From NCBI RefSeq assembly GCF_036321535.1, contig NC_087437.1, positions 105,960,001 to 106,024,000 on the forward strand: a DNA stretch of 64,000 nt. Direction: 5' to 3'. The notes under the pieces were generated by a model. It was not told the DNA's origin and searched no databases. It saw only the letters and a list, made by a program, of their open reading frames with translations. This document shows positions 53,450-64,000 of this stretch, one piece after another; the first letter of the stretch is position 1, and each line of letters starts with the position of its first letter. The DNA comes from Camelus dromedarius. Taxonomy: Eukaryota. The position numbers were made by a program, and so were the translations under genes.

Positions 53450-54075
53450 GATGCTTCAGCTATGCCTTAGCCTATTGGAGATCTTGACGCAAAGTTTGGG
53501 GTGCAACACTTTATTTGTAAAGTGATTCTCTAGAGGGTAGGAATGAAGGAAGTAAAACAAGGAAGGAGGAAAAGTCAATTAAAAAAATGTTCTATCAACA
53601 GGAGGGAAATAGCTCAGTGGTGGAGCTGCATACTTAGCATGAATGGTCTTGGGTTCAATTCCCAGTGCCTCCATTAAAAAAAAAAAAAAAAAGACAAGTG
53701 TCAAGAATTCTTTATCAAGTTGGTGCTTGATCTCTCAAGACTTTCCATGGACTCATGAAATATGTCTTTGAATTGTCTGCCTGGGATAAAAGCAGAGAGC
53801 ATCTATCAACTGGCTCTCATCCCCCACTGGGCAAGAGTGTCCCTGGGGCACCATCTCCCCCAAAACCCAGGCTGCACAGACATGAGAACTGAGCAGGCTC
53901 CCCTGGACATCAATGCCAAGCCACCAGAGAAGCCCTTGGCAGGAAGTTAGAGGAACAGAGTGAAGACACAAGATGGAAACTGTCTGGTGGCATCTATGGA
54001 GACCTGGTCAAGTCCTGCATGGTACCAGTGGTCATAGAAGTAGGTGGAGTAAAAGAAGCTATTATGTCCAATACA
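53450..54075 (-). mobile_element. Old ERVL-class LTR (LTR40/41-like), interrupted by a SINE
   Basis: Minus-strand AATAAA (tttatt near 53511), purine-rich block, adjoins ERVL internal sequence. Confidence 0.5.
53601..53692 (+). mobile_element. tRNA-Ala-derived SINE (vic-1 type)
   Basis: tagctcagtggtggag...cttagcat...gggttcaattcccagtgcctcca plus poly(A). Confidence 0.88.
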
Positions 54076-54079
54076 GTCT

Positions 54080-54800
54080 TCCATTAGCATTACAGTTCAT
54101 GGCATGTCTTTCTTTAAGTCCAAAATATTAGAGTCCCCTTCAGGCTATGACCAGCCACAGTGTCTGCAAGGACCTAATGCAACAGACTGATGGAGCAATC
54201 TCTGCTGTGACAGTCAGCCTGACGTCAGAACTGATACCCACCGTCAACCTGCGTCATCAGTTTTCTGTTTCCCCCGACCTTGGGCAGCATGTTGGCAGCT
54301 CTTGGTTGCTTTTCTGGTTGGAGGACCCAGACTTTCATCATTTAGAAATCCAAGCTTTTCTTTTTCTTGTCCTAGTTGGGCCAAGGTTGTTCAATTGCCA
54401 CAAAATACAGAATCACTGAAAAACACCTCAGCAGATTCCAAAATCTCAGAGCTACCTCTCCTTGACCCCATCATGTGGCATCAGTCCTACCTTTTTGTGA
54501 TAATCAGACTCAAGTTCCCCACCAGCGTAGAACCCCTGTCTTCCCCTACTGGGCCTCTGACAGGATCCAGCAGTGACCAGGGGTCGTGTAGCTTCACTCA
54601 GTGGAACCCTGACTGCCTCCCCCATTGTGTGTTGTACACATGAGAACCACACTTTCTATTCTGGAAAAACCTAAGGTTGTGAAGACAAACCTGTTCCCCA
54701 AGTGAGTCTCTGAGATTTAAAAGAGCCAGTCCTACTTCTGCCCATCAGTTCCCAGACTTCTGTTTTCGAGCCGCTGGCCAAAGAGCATCAGACATTGACT
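54080..54800 (-). mobile_element. ERVL-class internal remnant, dUTPase and 3' region
   Basis: Minus translation AGGELESDYHKKVGLMPHDGVKE resembles recalled ERV-L dUTPase AGVIDPDYQGEIGLLLHNGGKE; downstream atgaaagtctgggtcctccaacca resembles the MKVWVTPP segment. Confidence 0.6.
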
Positions 54801-54835
54801 GTTTCCCTTGGAAAGCAGAGCCTGAGACAAAAGCC

Positions 54836-55280
54836 TTTTATCATCCCAAACTGAAGCCTCACACCCATTAAACAATAATAACTTCTCACTCCCCCTTCCC
54901 CAAAGCCCCTCCTAAAGCCCCTTCTGTTTTCTGTCTCTTTGAATTTGGCTATTCTAGGTTCTCATATAAGTAGAATCATAGAATATTCGCCCTTCTGTTT
55001 CTGGTTTATCTTCAATATAGTATCAGAAGTTCTAGCCAGAACAATTAGGCAAGGCCAAGAAATAAAAGGCATCCAAATCAGAAAGGAAGAAGTGAATTCA
55101 TCTCTGTTCACATATGACATGTAGAGAACCCTAAAATTAAAAAAAAAAAAAAACTATAGAGATGTGATGTTGCACAGCATTGTGAATGTATTTCAACACC
55201 ACTGAATCCTACACTTAAAATTGTTAAGATAGTATGTTTAGATTGTGTATATTTTACAGTAAAAAAAAAGAAAAAAAAAA
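54836..55280. mobile_element. Rearranged L1MB-like element: inverted 3' UTR piece, then RT fragment, then 3' tail
   Basis: 54836-55008 reverse 3' UTR; 55010-55140 encodes [37 protein letters not shown] (L1 RT); 55160-55280 forward 3' end with poly(A). Confidence 0.8.
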
Positions 55281-56463
55281 CCAAATTGCTTTTGATGGGT
55301 TTTCTTGCTGGGAGTTGAGAAAAATGACAGACCAATAGCCGCATGCCAGTGTCAGAAGTCAGGAGGACCACGCTGGACCCAGCTGCTGTGTTAGGGACAC
55401 CAATACCGCTTGATGTGCTACTGGTCATGTGACAGCAGGAAAAGGAAAGAATATTTTAACTCAGAGAGTGAGAAAAAACATCACAGAGGTATCCCATGAT
55501 AGAGACCTTGAGGACTGGGATTTCCACAGTGGAGGGACGGGGAGATTATGCCAGGCTTTCCAGCTGCAGAAGAAAAGATGCTGGCTCGTCTCCCTTGGGA
55601 GTATTGCAATCTTCATTCATGCACATTTAGGACATACCCTAAATAAGGTGCTAAGGTAATTTCCATTTTTATGATTGCTAACTAGCCGAGAAGAAGTAGA
55701 AGCCAGCAACTACAGGAAATACTTGACATTTGTCAAGAGATACCCAGTGAAATCAGGGTCTCCTCTATTCCCATTCAAGCTCTTCTGAGAGTACTTCCCC
55801 CTGCTTCTCAAGGTCATCAAGTGAACTTAAGAAACCTAGAAGTTGCAAGTCCATCAGTCTATTGGAACAAAATTAAATATAAATTTGAACTCCTCACAAG
55901 GTTTTCAATCCTTAGAATTAAACATGTTTAGTATAAAATATACTTAAATTAAATCTATATAGCAAAATGTAATTATATATCATCTACTTCATATATATAG
56001 CTCTCTCATCAGGAACACAAACTCCCTGTATTTTTCCCCACTGTCTTGTTTTGTTGTTGTTGTTGTTTTCCCAGAGCTTTTCTTTAATGTTTCAATGTCT
56101 TTCTTCCTTGCGGCCAAATGAAAGACGACTCCAAAGCCCTTTCAGTGTTCAAATATTGGGTTGCTAAGCATCCTTGCAGCAGCTTTGCCAGTGGCTTTGT
56201 CCAAAGCACCTGCCTTTATGCCTCCTTCTTATCTTGAACAGTATAGGAATGAAGAATCTATATAACCTTATCAGATTTCTTACATGGGCCCCGTTAAAAA
56301 GCATAGTCTCAGACAGGGTTAGTCTCTTCACTGTCTGCAAAGTCATGTGGTGAGGGGCTGCCTGGGCTGTGACGTCGTCAGCTCTTTAGTAAGTTACAAG
56401 CAAGGGTAAGAGCGTAAAGGATAAAGAGGATGATCTTTGCCTGCTGATAGAACACACTCTTTA

Positions 56464-56652
56464 ATACAAACTACTATATACAAAATAGATAAACAACAAG
56501 GTCTTACTGTATAACACAGGGAACTATATTCAATATCTTGTAATAACTTATAATGAAAAAAATAAGAAAAAGAATATATATGTGTATAACTAAATCATGA
56601 CTCTGTAAGATACTAACACGACATTGTAAGTCAACTACAATTCAATTAAAAA
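56464..56652 (+). mobile_element. Young L1 3' tail
   Basis: aacaacaaggtcttactgtataacacagggaactatattcaatatcttgtaataa; imperfect TSD acacactcttt/acacattcttt. Confidence 0.88.
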
Positions 56653-57014
56653 CAAACACACATTCTTTCGTCTCCTTTTTCTACAGTGTATTGAATAACA
56701 CCATAGGGCATAAATCGTTATATGCTTTATGTAACAAATGAATAATTACAATGCATGAAGCCAAAAAGTACACTTCAAAGAATGTCATGGAAGAACGTCA
56801 AGAAGTGGAGAGATTCAAAGCAGTGAACACAAGTTTTCAACTCTGAAGACTTTTAACAGTGTGATGTTTTTTAACATCTGAACTAGATTGATTCTGCTAG
56901 CTACGTATGTATTCCAGCCTTCCTTCTTGCATTGAAACACAAGTGGTAACTGCCATTAGAAAAAGTTGGACTAGAGGAAGGAATTTTGAAATTTACTTTA
57001 TTTACCTAATTTTG

Positions 57015-57195
57015 TATGTATAAAGCACTTGCTTGTTCTGTCACTGACTCTTCACAGCAACCTTACAGACTAGGCATTATTGCTACATTTTTGTAGCAGA
57101 AGCTGAGAGGTGCTAAGACACTTACTCAAGGTCAATCTCTGAAGAGGTGGAACCCAGATTTATATGAGATCTGTTTGAACCAATAGCATTAACTC
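57015..57195 (-). mobile_element. MIR fragment
   Basis: cacagcaacctta...taggcattatt...aagacacttactcaaggtca. Confidence 0.6.
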
Positions 57196-58289
57196 TTCGA
57201 AGTCCAGGACACAGTTCTCATGAGAAGTCAGTGTATAGAATTACCATTAGAGCTTTTAACTTTACAAAAATAGAAATTTAAGTTTTCATTAAAAATAAAA
57301 TAAGCATATATAATGTATGCTAATAATAAATCTATAAAATCTGTGCCTCAAACCTTCCTTATTAAACACTAAAAAAGTTTCTTATGGTTATTTTACCTCA
57401 ATATTTAGTTTTATTCAGTTAGAACATTTTGCTTCAATCAAAAACAGAAATGTTATATTTAACAGCATTAATTCTGAATGGTTCACTAACAATACTAGAG
57501 GTATTTTCTAAGAAAAGAAATTCTTCATATTGCAATCTATTTAGAATATTAGTATCAATCTTTTTAAGAAACTTAATCCTATATATTTCAAGCAAACAAA
57601 TCGGGGTGGAGGGGGGCCCGGTGGAGACCAAAGAAAGAAAATTAAATGGGGGAATAGGGAAAAGTGAAATACGGAAGCCAAGAAGAGGCTTACAAGAATG
57701 GAGTTCTTCTGCCACCTGGTGGCTGTTTTGTATTATAGCCAGACCTACTTTAAATTATACAAGGTTGGGGTGGGGTTGCTTTTTAAGAATGTTTTGATGT
57801 ATTTTTATTTCCAAAAGATAGGCTCACCCAGAGGTTTTCAAACCTGGATGCCGAAAAGAGTCCCTAGAAAACACATTCGTGAGACTTAGCCATTGATATT
57901 TTGATCTTGTGTTTGAGAGAAGGGCTTCGGGTAGTTTCCCAGTTAATCCCAGTTGATGATTAGGTTGATTCTAGATGGGATGTGACAGAGCTTTCAGGCT
58001 TTTCATAAACAACCAGTATCCTCTTCTTTTTGGGCTCAAACCTAAACTCCACTTAGTACCTCGCTTTAGCTGGGTGTGGCCACATGACTGACCTCTGGCC
58101 AATGGATCTGGCCGCCTTCATCTTTCTTCCCTATGGTTACCTGGTTTCCATTGTCTTCTACCCGGATTCCTTGGCCTATTTCGGCATTGGTGACAACCTT
58201 TTCCTTTAAACTTCTTCTTTTGATGGGTTTAGTTATGTTTTCTCTTCTTGTTCTCCTCCTCCTGAACTAATGAACGTCATCAAAAGATC

Positions 58290-58745
58290 TCACTCCACGC
58301 GAGCCAAACCAGCCTCTCTGCTTCTCCCCCAGCACATCAGACCTGCCCCCACTTAGGGCCCTGGACCACTGAGTGTTTCCGCCTGTAGCTCTCTCTCCTC
58401 AGGTACCCACATGGGACCTGCTCCACCTCGTTCAAGCTTTGTTCACACCTTTGTTTATCACAGATCCTCCTGTTTACAAATGCAACTTCCTCCCAACAGA
58501 CTGCTTATTCTTTTTACCCTGCTTTATTTTTCTTTCCACAGCAATTATAACGTTCAAGATACGACACAATTTTAATACTTATTATGTTTATTATTATGTT
58601 ATTATTATCTTCTTTACCCAAGAATATAAAATCCATATGGGCAGGGATTTTTGTTTTCTCACTGCTGTGTGCCCAGAAACAAAAACAGGACCCTGCACAT
58701 TGGAGGTGCTCAAAATATTTGTCCAGTGATTGAATTAAAGAAGGA
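58290..58745 (+). mobile_element. L2a 3' end
   Basis: agaatataaaatccatatgggcagggatttttg...ggtgctcaaaatatttgtccagtgattgaat. Confidence 0.8.
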
Positions 58746-58954
58746 GTAAATTAATGAATTATGACCCGCGCTGTTGGGAAATAAACACATGGAACAATAC
58801 TCAGCTTTGGAAGTATTCAAACATACAAATTAACACAAAGTACCATATTTTTGTATTAATTAGCCAATTTTGTGAGGTTTTAAATATAATTCCTAAACCA
58901 AGTGAGAGTGTAGTAAATTACATACACATTTTAGGTAAATTGATACAGTTATTT

Positions 58955-59487
58955 TTATATTTTTTTATTGAAGAATAGTTGATTTATAGTGTTTCAGATA
59001 TACAACAAAGTGACTTAGTTATACATATATATTCTTTTTCAGATTCTTTTCCATTAAAGTTTATTATGAGATACTGAATATAGTTCCCTGTGCTATACTG
59101 TAGCACCTTGTTGTTTATCTATTTTATATATAGTAGTTTGTATCTCTTAATCACAGATTCCTAATTTATCTCTCCCTCTTTTTTTCCCTTTGGTAACCAT
59201 ACATTTGTTTTCTATGTCTGTGAGTCTATTTCTGTTTTGTAAATAAGTTCATTTGTCTCAATTTTTTAAATCCTACATATAAGTGATATCACATATTTGT
59301 CTTTTTCTGTGTGAGTTACCCTACTCAGTATGAATATCTCTGGGTCCATCCATGTTGCTGCAAATGACACTATTTCATTCTTTTTTTATGGCTGAGTAAT
59401 ATCCCATTGCATATATACACCACATCTTCTTTTTCCATTCATTTGTTGATGGACACTTAGGTTGCTTCCATGTCTTGGCTACTGTAA
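58955..59487 (-). mobile_element. Young L1 3' end
   Basis: Same family as the 45109 and 47901 copies (ccctgtgctatac...gtccatccatgttgctgcaaatg). Confidence 0.92.
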
Positions 59488-60849
59488 TGCACTTATTTTT
59501 AAAATCAATTCACATGTAGTCATAAAAAGTTTATAACCTTTGACCCAGTTTTAGAATTGTGCTACTACAAAAAAATTTAATATGCATAATTTACATAGCC
59601 ATCTACTCAGTATTGCTAATAATGATAAGGAATTGAAAGAAACTAAATATTTAATGATAAAAGAATAACAAATTATGTAATTATGTAATAGTGGACAGTT
59701 TTCCAATCATTATCATCATAAGGGCTGTGCTTTAACATGGAAAATTATTTATGGAAAAGGCTTTATTACAATAGAATTTTAAAATCTGTAATTACAGTAT
59801 GCATTAGGGAATGACTATAAGGCATGCACAAAAATTTGAAGAATTTTTGCATATACAGGTGATGAAATTAAATCTGATTTTTTGTCTCCATTTCCCAAAT
59901 GTTCCAATTTATTGCCACAATGTTTACGGTTCTGCACTATTGGAAAGGAAAATAAATGGTCTTATTTCTAAATATTTTACCCTCACCTGATGTGAATTTA
60001 TTCTAGGTTCCAAAAAGTGATCACCACTTGATTTGACTGTACTCATCAAGTATCAGTTTACATCTCTGTGGAAATATCTTTAGTGAGAGTCTTTAAACCA
60101 GATTGATTTGCATGCAAATGATCAATGTGTCCAATAAATTCAGGCTGAATTTAACATCAGTTCAGGAATTAAAGTGCTCTTTCCATTTCCTCCCGTGTCC
60201 ATTCTACCTGCCTGCCTGCAGGAGTCCATGTTCTGATTGCTTGGTTTTTGTAGATATGTTGTGTCCATCTTCCTGCACATTTTAATGAATAGGACTGTCC
60301 CTAATTGTTCCTGTTTTCACACATTGATGTTCATTAGTTCATAGCCTGCTCCCGAGGAATTCATGGTGGGGGGCGGGGTTCAGACAAAAGAATTCAGAGC
60401 GTGTCCCCCCAACTCCCACCTTGATAACTGAACTAAATCTTCAGTCTTCACCAGACCCTGGGATTTCTCTCTCCTTGCTTGGTCTACCCTCCCTACCAGC
60501 TCTCAACCCAGGTCAGTCCTTACCTTCTGACCCCTGTGACTTAATACATTGCTAAAATTCAGTCTTCCTCCCAAGTGTCCTGCTCAGCAAGGATTTTGCC
60601 AGTGGCTTATATGTCCTCGCTTGGTTATCGGGAGGAGGGGGGAGATGCTCTCAATTTCAGAATCTCCCATTCACATGACTCTCTGTCAATCCCCCATTTA
60701 ATACCAACAGCCGAAGAATTAACTTTTGGGGTCATAACATTAACTCTTTGGTGTGAAACAAAGTCAAATCAACCAATCTTTGATTCTTGTCCCTCTAATA
60801 CTAAAGATTCATATGAACAACAACAACAAAAAGAACCAAAAAACCCTCC

Positions 60850-61228
60850 CCATGGGTCCTCTTCCTCCAAAGGCCAACCCTGCAGAGGCATTATACTTCT
60901 CACACCCTTGGCAGGCTTGCCAAGTGACTTATTTTGGCCAAAGAAATGTAAGAGAAAGTGGTATGTTCCACTTCTGGTAGAAGCTATTAGAGCCATCATG
61001 TGGTTCTTCCACTGCTGTATAGTTCCCCTGCCAAAAGACTAACAACGTCCTAGACAGGACCTGCTTCTTCAAAGACCAGAAATGAAGCAGAGCATGTTCA
61101 TTTCTGATGAACCAGAGATGGAGTTTAGAGACCACAACAAAAAAAGTTAAACTCATTGTTAGAGACCACTAAGATTTTTAGGAGCTATTTGTTACCACAG
61201 CATAACCCAGACAACACTGCCTGATACA
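60850..61228 (+). mobile_element. MLT1I/J-like MaLR LTR
   Basis: tttggccaaagaaatgtaagagaaagtg; end ccactaagattttt...tttgttaccacagcataaccc...ctgataca. Confidence 0.75.
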
Positions 61229-61249
61229 ACTTGTGTCTTCCTAACATTT

Positions 61250-61472
61250 GAGGAGACAGATGATATAGTAGGCTAGATGTGTGACCTGGGTGAATTACCT
61301 AATCTCACTGTGCCTCAACTATAACATGGAGATAATACCTATTTTGTGAGTTTATTGTGATAAATAAAGGAATGAAAACTTATAAACACATAAACACTAT
61401 CTGATACATACTATGTGCTTAATAAGTGTTATTTACCACTACTTATTAATTACTATTATTACTATTATTATT
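61250..61472 (+). mobile_element. MIR SINE
   Basis: tgtgtgacctgggtgaattacctaatctcactgtgcctca...gtgcttaataagtgttatt. Confidence 0.75.
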
Positions 61473-62709
61473 CTGCAACAGACATGGGTTTTATTCTAAT
61501 TCTGTACGTAGAAGCTCCTATAGAGTATTTCACTCATATCGTGCCCCACCCAGACCTGGCTTCCAAATGTCTTTAATGACTCAGCTATTTCCCTTTTGTT
61601 TAGTTCTCTTGTGTAACCACTTCCATTGATTTTCATTTACCATAATTTTTTCCTCTTTTCCTTTAAAATAGCAAAGAATTTAAAACATACATTTAAGCAG
61701 TATCCACATACCTTCAAAACATTCAGCTCACCTTTACTTGGTACTCTGAATTTTGTACTTTCATAGACTTCAGTCTGTTCTTTGACCTAAATGGAGCTCC
61801 AAATAAATCATTGTATGTACCACATTTTCTGCTTAAAGGACATCCTAGGACACAGCTTGTTCAATTTGTAAACATTGAGAAGTACCTGAAATGATCATAA
61901 GTTATGAAGCCAGAGCCCCAAGGAAAACTCTTTTTAGAAACCATTCTTTCCTACTGTCATGTTCTCAAGGATGGGGAATAATATTCTTTTCTCTTTTTCC
62001 TACATGGGACATTTATACAAAAATACAACCTTTGTTTCTTAGAAATCCTATAATTTTTTGTGTCCTTAGTTCCTTTACATCTTTCTGTTTTCCCACACAC
62101 AGCATCTTTAATCATCTGCAGCATTGATTTTCATTGCAACCCATTCTCTTGGATTCCAGAAACAGAAGATATAGGGCTTAAATTAAAATCTCAGTCACCT
62201 CATTTTTCACTGCAAGAAAGTAGAAAGTTTTTTTTTTTTTCTCTAAGTGAGAGTGATTCTTTTCTGTTTGGCTTCATAGGTGCTTAAGGTCTTTAGAGTT
62301 GTTCTTATTCCCTAATTTTCTAATGGGCCACCTGGACTTCAGTTTCTCCCTCAGACCAATCCTTTATTTTGTTGCCAAAATCATCTAAAAATTTAAATTC
62401 GATCATCTCTCTTTCTAGAGGAAGAACCTCTACAATAAATAAAGGCCAAATTACTTAGCGCAACCCTCTTCCCCAAGCCCTCCCCCTAAAGCTCCCTCTT
62501 CCTCTTGTTCTTGTGATTCAGTGTCTTCTTCTTCTCTTGTATTTACTCTCTAGCTCCTTCCCAGCTTCCCCTTCCTTCTAGACCTATGAATGTGGGCATT
62601 CTCCACAATCATGTCCTCAACTCTCTACACTTTGCATTTTACATCCTTCCCACCGAGGTCTCAGCTCTTCCCAAGTCCTCACCAATAACTAACCATAAAC
62701 ATTAGCTAG

Positions 62710-62888
62710 AGCAGTGTTGTCTGCTGAGAAATACAGTGCAAGCCACAGTTGCAAGTCACATACATAATGCTAAATTTTCTAGTAGCCACATTTAAAAAGA
62801 AGCAGATGAAGTTAATTTTATCAACATATTTTATAGAACCCAGTATATTCAAAATATGATGATAATCATCTTTAAATAAGGTATTTTT

Positions 62889-62919
<31 letters not shown>

Positions 62920-63052
62920 GGTTTGCTTTTTGGACTATCTTCAAAATGACTGTGTACTTTCTATTTACAGTGCATCTCAGACTGAGCCATATTTCTTTAA
63001 AGTCCTCAGTGGCCACATGTAGCCAATGGCTACCATATTAGATAGTGCAGAT
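62710..63052. mobile_element. MER33-like hAT-Charlie element containing a poly(T) tract
   Basis: taaattttctagtagccacattt...gtggccacatgtagccaatggctaccatattagatagtgcag. Confidence 0.75.
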
Positions 63053-63329
63053 CTAATGCAATAAACACTTTATCAGTGTATGCCTTTCATGATCTGCTCA
63101 ACATCTCTTTATGAATGCATACAGGTTGACTAGTCCTGAACAAAATACATTTCTTCTCTACACTCTTTAGTGTCTCACAGACACACCAGCTCACCATCCT
63201 GACTTCTTTGCAGCTATCAATGGCTCCAACAATATATCCATACTCAAGTTGTATAACCACCCCAGTGTTGAGGAAGCACCAAATGCCTTGCAGATCATCC
63301 AGTCCTGCCTCCAGGGTTTTTCTCTACAA

Positions 63330-63460
63330 AAGAGGTTCTTAACCTTGGCTACCACATCCATGAACCTCCTGAAATTGTAGGTGAAAGGTGTGTACACGGG
63401 TCTTTCTGGGAACAATATCCTGAGCTTTAGACTCAAAAGAGTTTAAACACCCAGAAGTAG
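63330..63460. mobile_element. MER103C/Charlie-like MITE fragment
   Basis: agaggttcttaacct...tccatgaacctcctgaaattgta. Confidence 0.5.
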
Positions 63461-63769
63461 GCTCAGCTTGCCTCTTCTCTCTTCTGTAATGGCTACATCC
63501 AGTTTATTACCCAGTCCTGCCCAGTCAACCTTCCACAGCTCTCACTGCAAACCTGCTTCTCCCTTCCCACTGCCACGACTAAGATCATATCGCTATCTTT
63601 TGGATTGCTTCAGCTATTAGAGAAAGAGACCCTTCCAGGGAGCAGTGGGGTCAAAGTGTCGCTAGCAGAAGGGCAGCTGTAGCTTGATCACACATGAGCA
63701 CTCATGACAGGGTCGTATGGGTAGAAATGATTAGAAAACGAAATCAAAACCATGTCAGTGGGCAGACGA

Positions 63770-63793
63770 GTGTGACCACAGCTGTGGTCACAC
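63770..63793. repeat. Perfect 24-bp palindrome (RUNX-like / E-box / RUNX-like)
   Basis: GTGTGACCACAGCTGTGGTCACAC equals its own reverse complement. Confidence 0.95.
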
Positions 63794-64000
63794 AATACCA
63801 GGTGGCATTAGAACCCTTTGAATAAGCTGTGTTTGAGACACCACTAGGGTTTCTAGCCTGTGGGTCTCAGTGCTCTAAGAAGAGGCTGGCTGTGGTCCCC
63901 TTGACTGTGCTTACACCCATGTCAACAGATTTGTTTTCATTTGCACCAGATGGTTCTTGGTATCTTCTGATTGGATTGAGGGAACAGTTTAAGGGTGTGT

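Noticed and set aside
2357..53692. Five tRNA-Ala-like sequences as true tRNA genes
   Set aside because: All have A-rich tails, mismatched stems and dispersed diverged copies, which indicates SINEs
60575..61042. 155-aa ORF, the longest in the track
   Set aside because: Non-ATG start, runs into a MaLR LTR, no recognisable domain or splice context
1..64000. Prokaryotic-type systems (CRISPR arrays, operons, defence islands) or intact retroelement ORFs
   Set aside because: The sequence is mammalian; no regularly spaced repeat-spacer array and no ORF longer than 155 aa

Overview
AT-rich, CpG-depleted mammalian genomic DNA, most likely from a camelid (alpaca, llama or camel): it carries five short tRNA-Ala(AGC)-derived SINEs of the camelid vic-1 type and several young cetartiodactyl-type L1 3' ends. 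I recognise no known host protein-coding gene, so the window reads as a long intron or an intergenic region. It is dense in eroded transposons (L1, L2, MIR, hAT-Charlie, MITEs, ERV1/ERVL/MaLR LTRs, and an ERVL internal remnant with a dUTPase trace). Repeat family names come from recalled consensus sequences, not a database search, and their boundaries are approximate. The non-repeat signals most worth testing are: (1) a recursive-splice-site-like motif (YnCAG|GTAAGT) at 28964/28965; (2) two frame-compatible candidate exons, 16111-16260 and 52649-52759, which could join into an unrecognised 86-aa ORF; (3) a 30-bp direct repeat that duplicates a perfect NF-kB site on both sides of an L1 insertion; (4) a perfect 24-bp RUNX/E-box/RUNX palindrome near an IRF motif; (5) CpG-retaining clusters of immune-type motifs at about 50.6-52.7 kb. 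All functional claims are hypotheses from motif reading.
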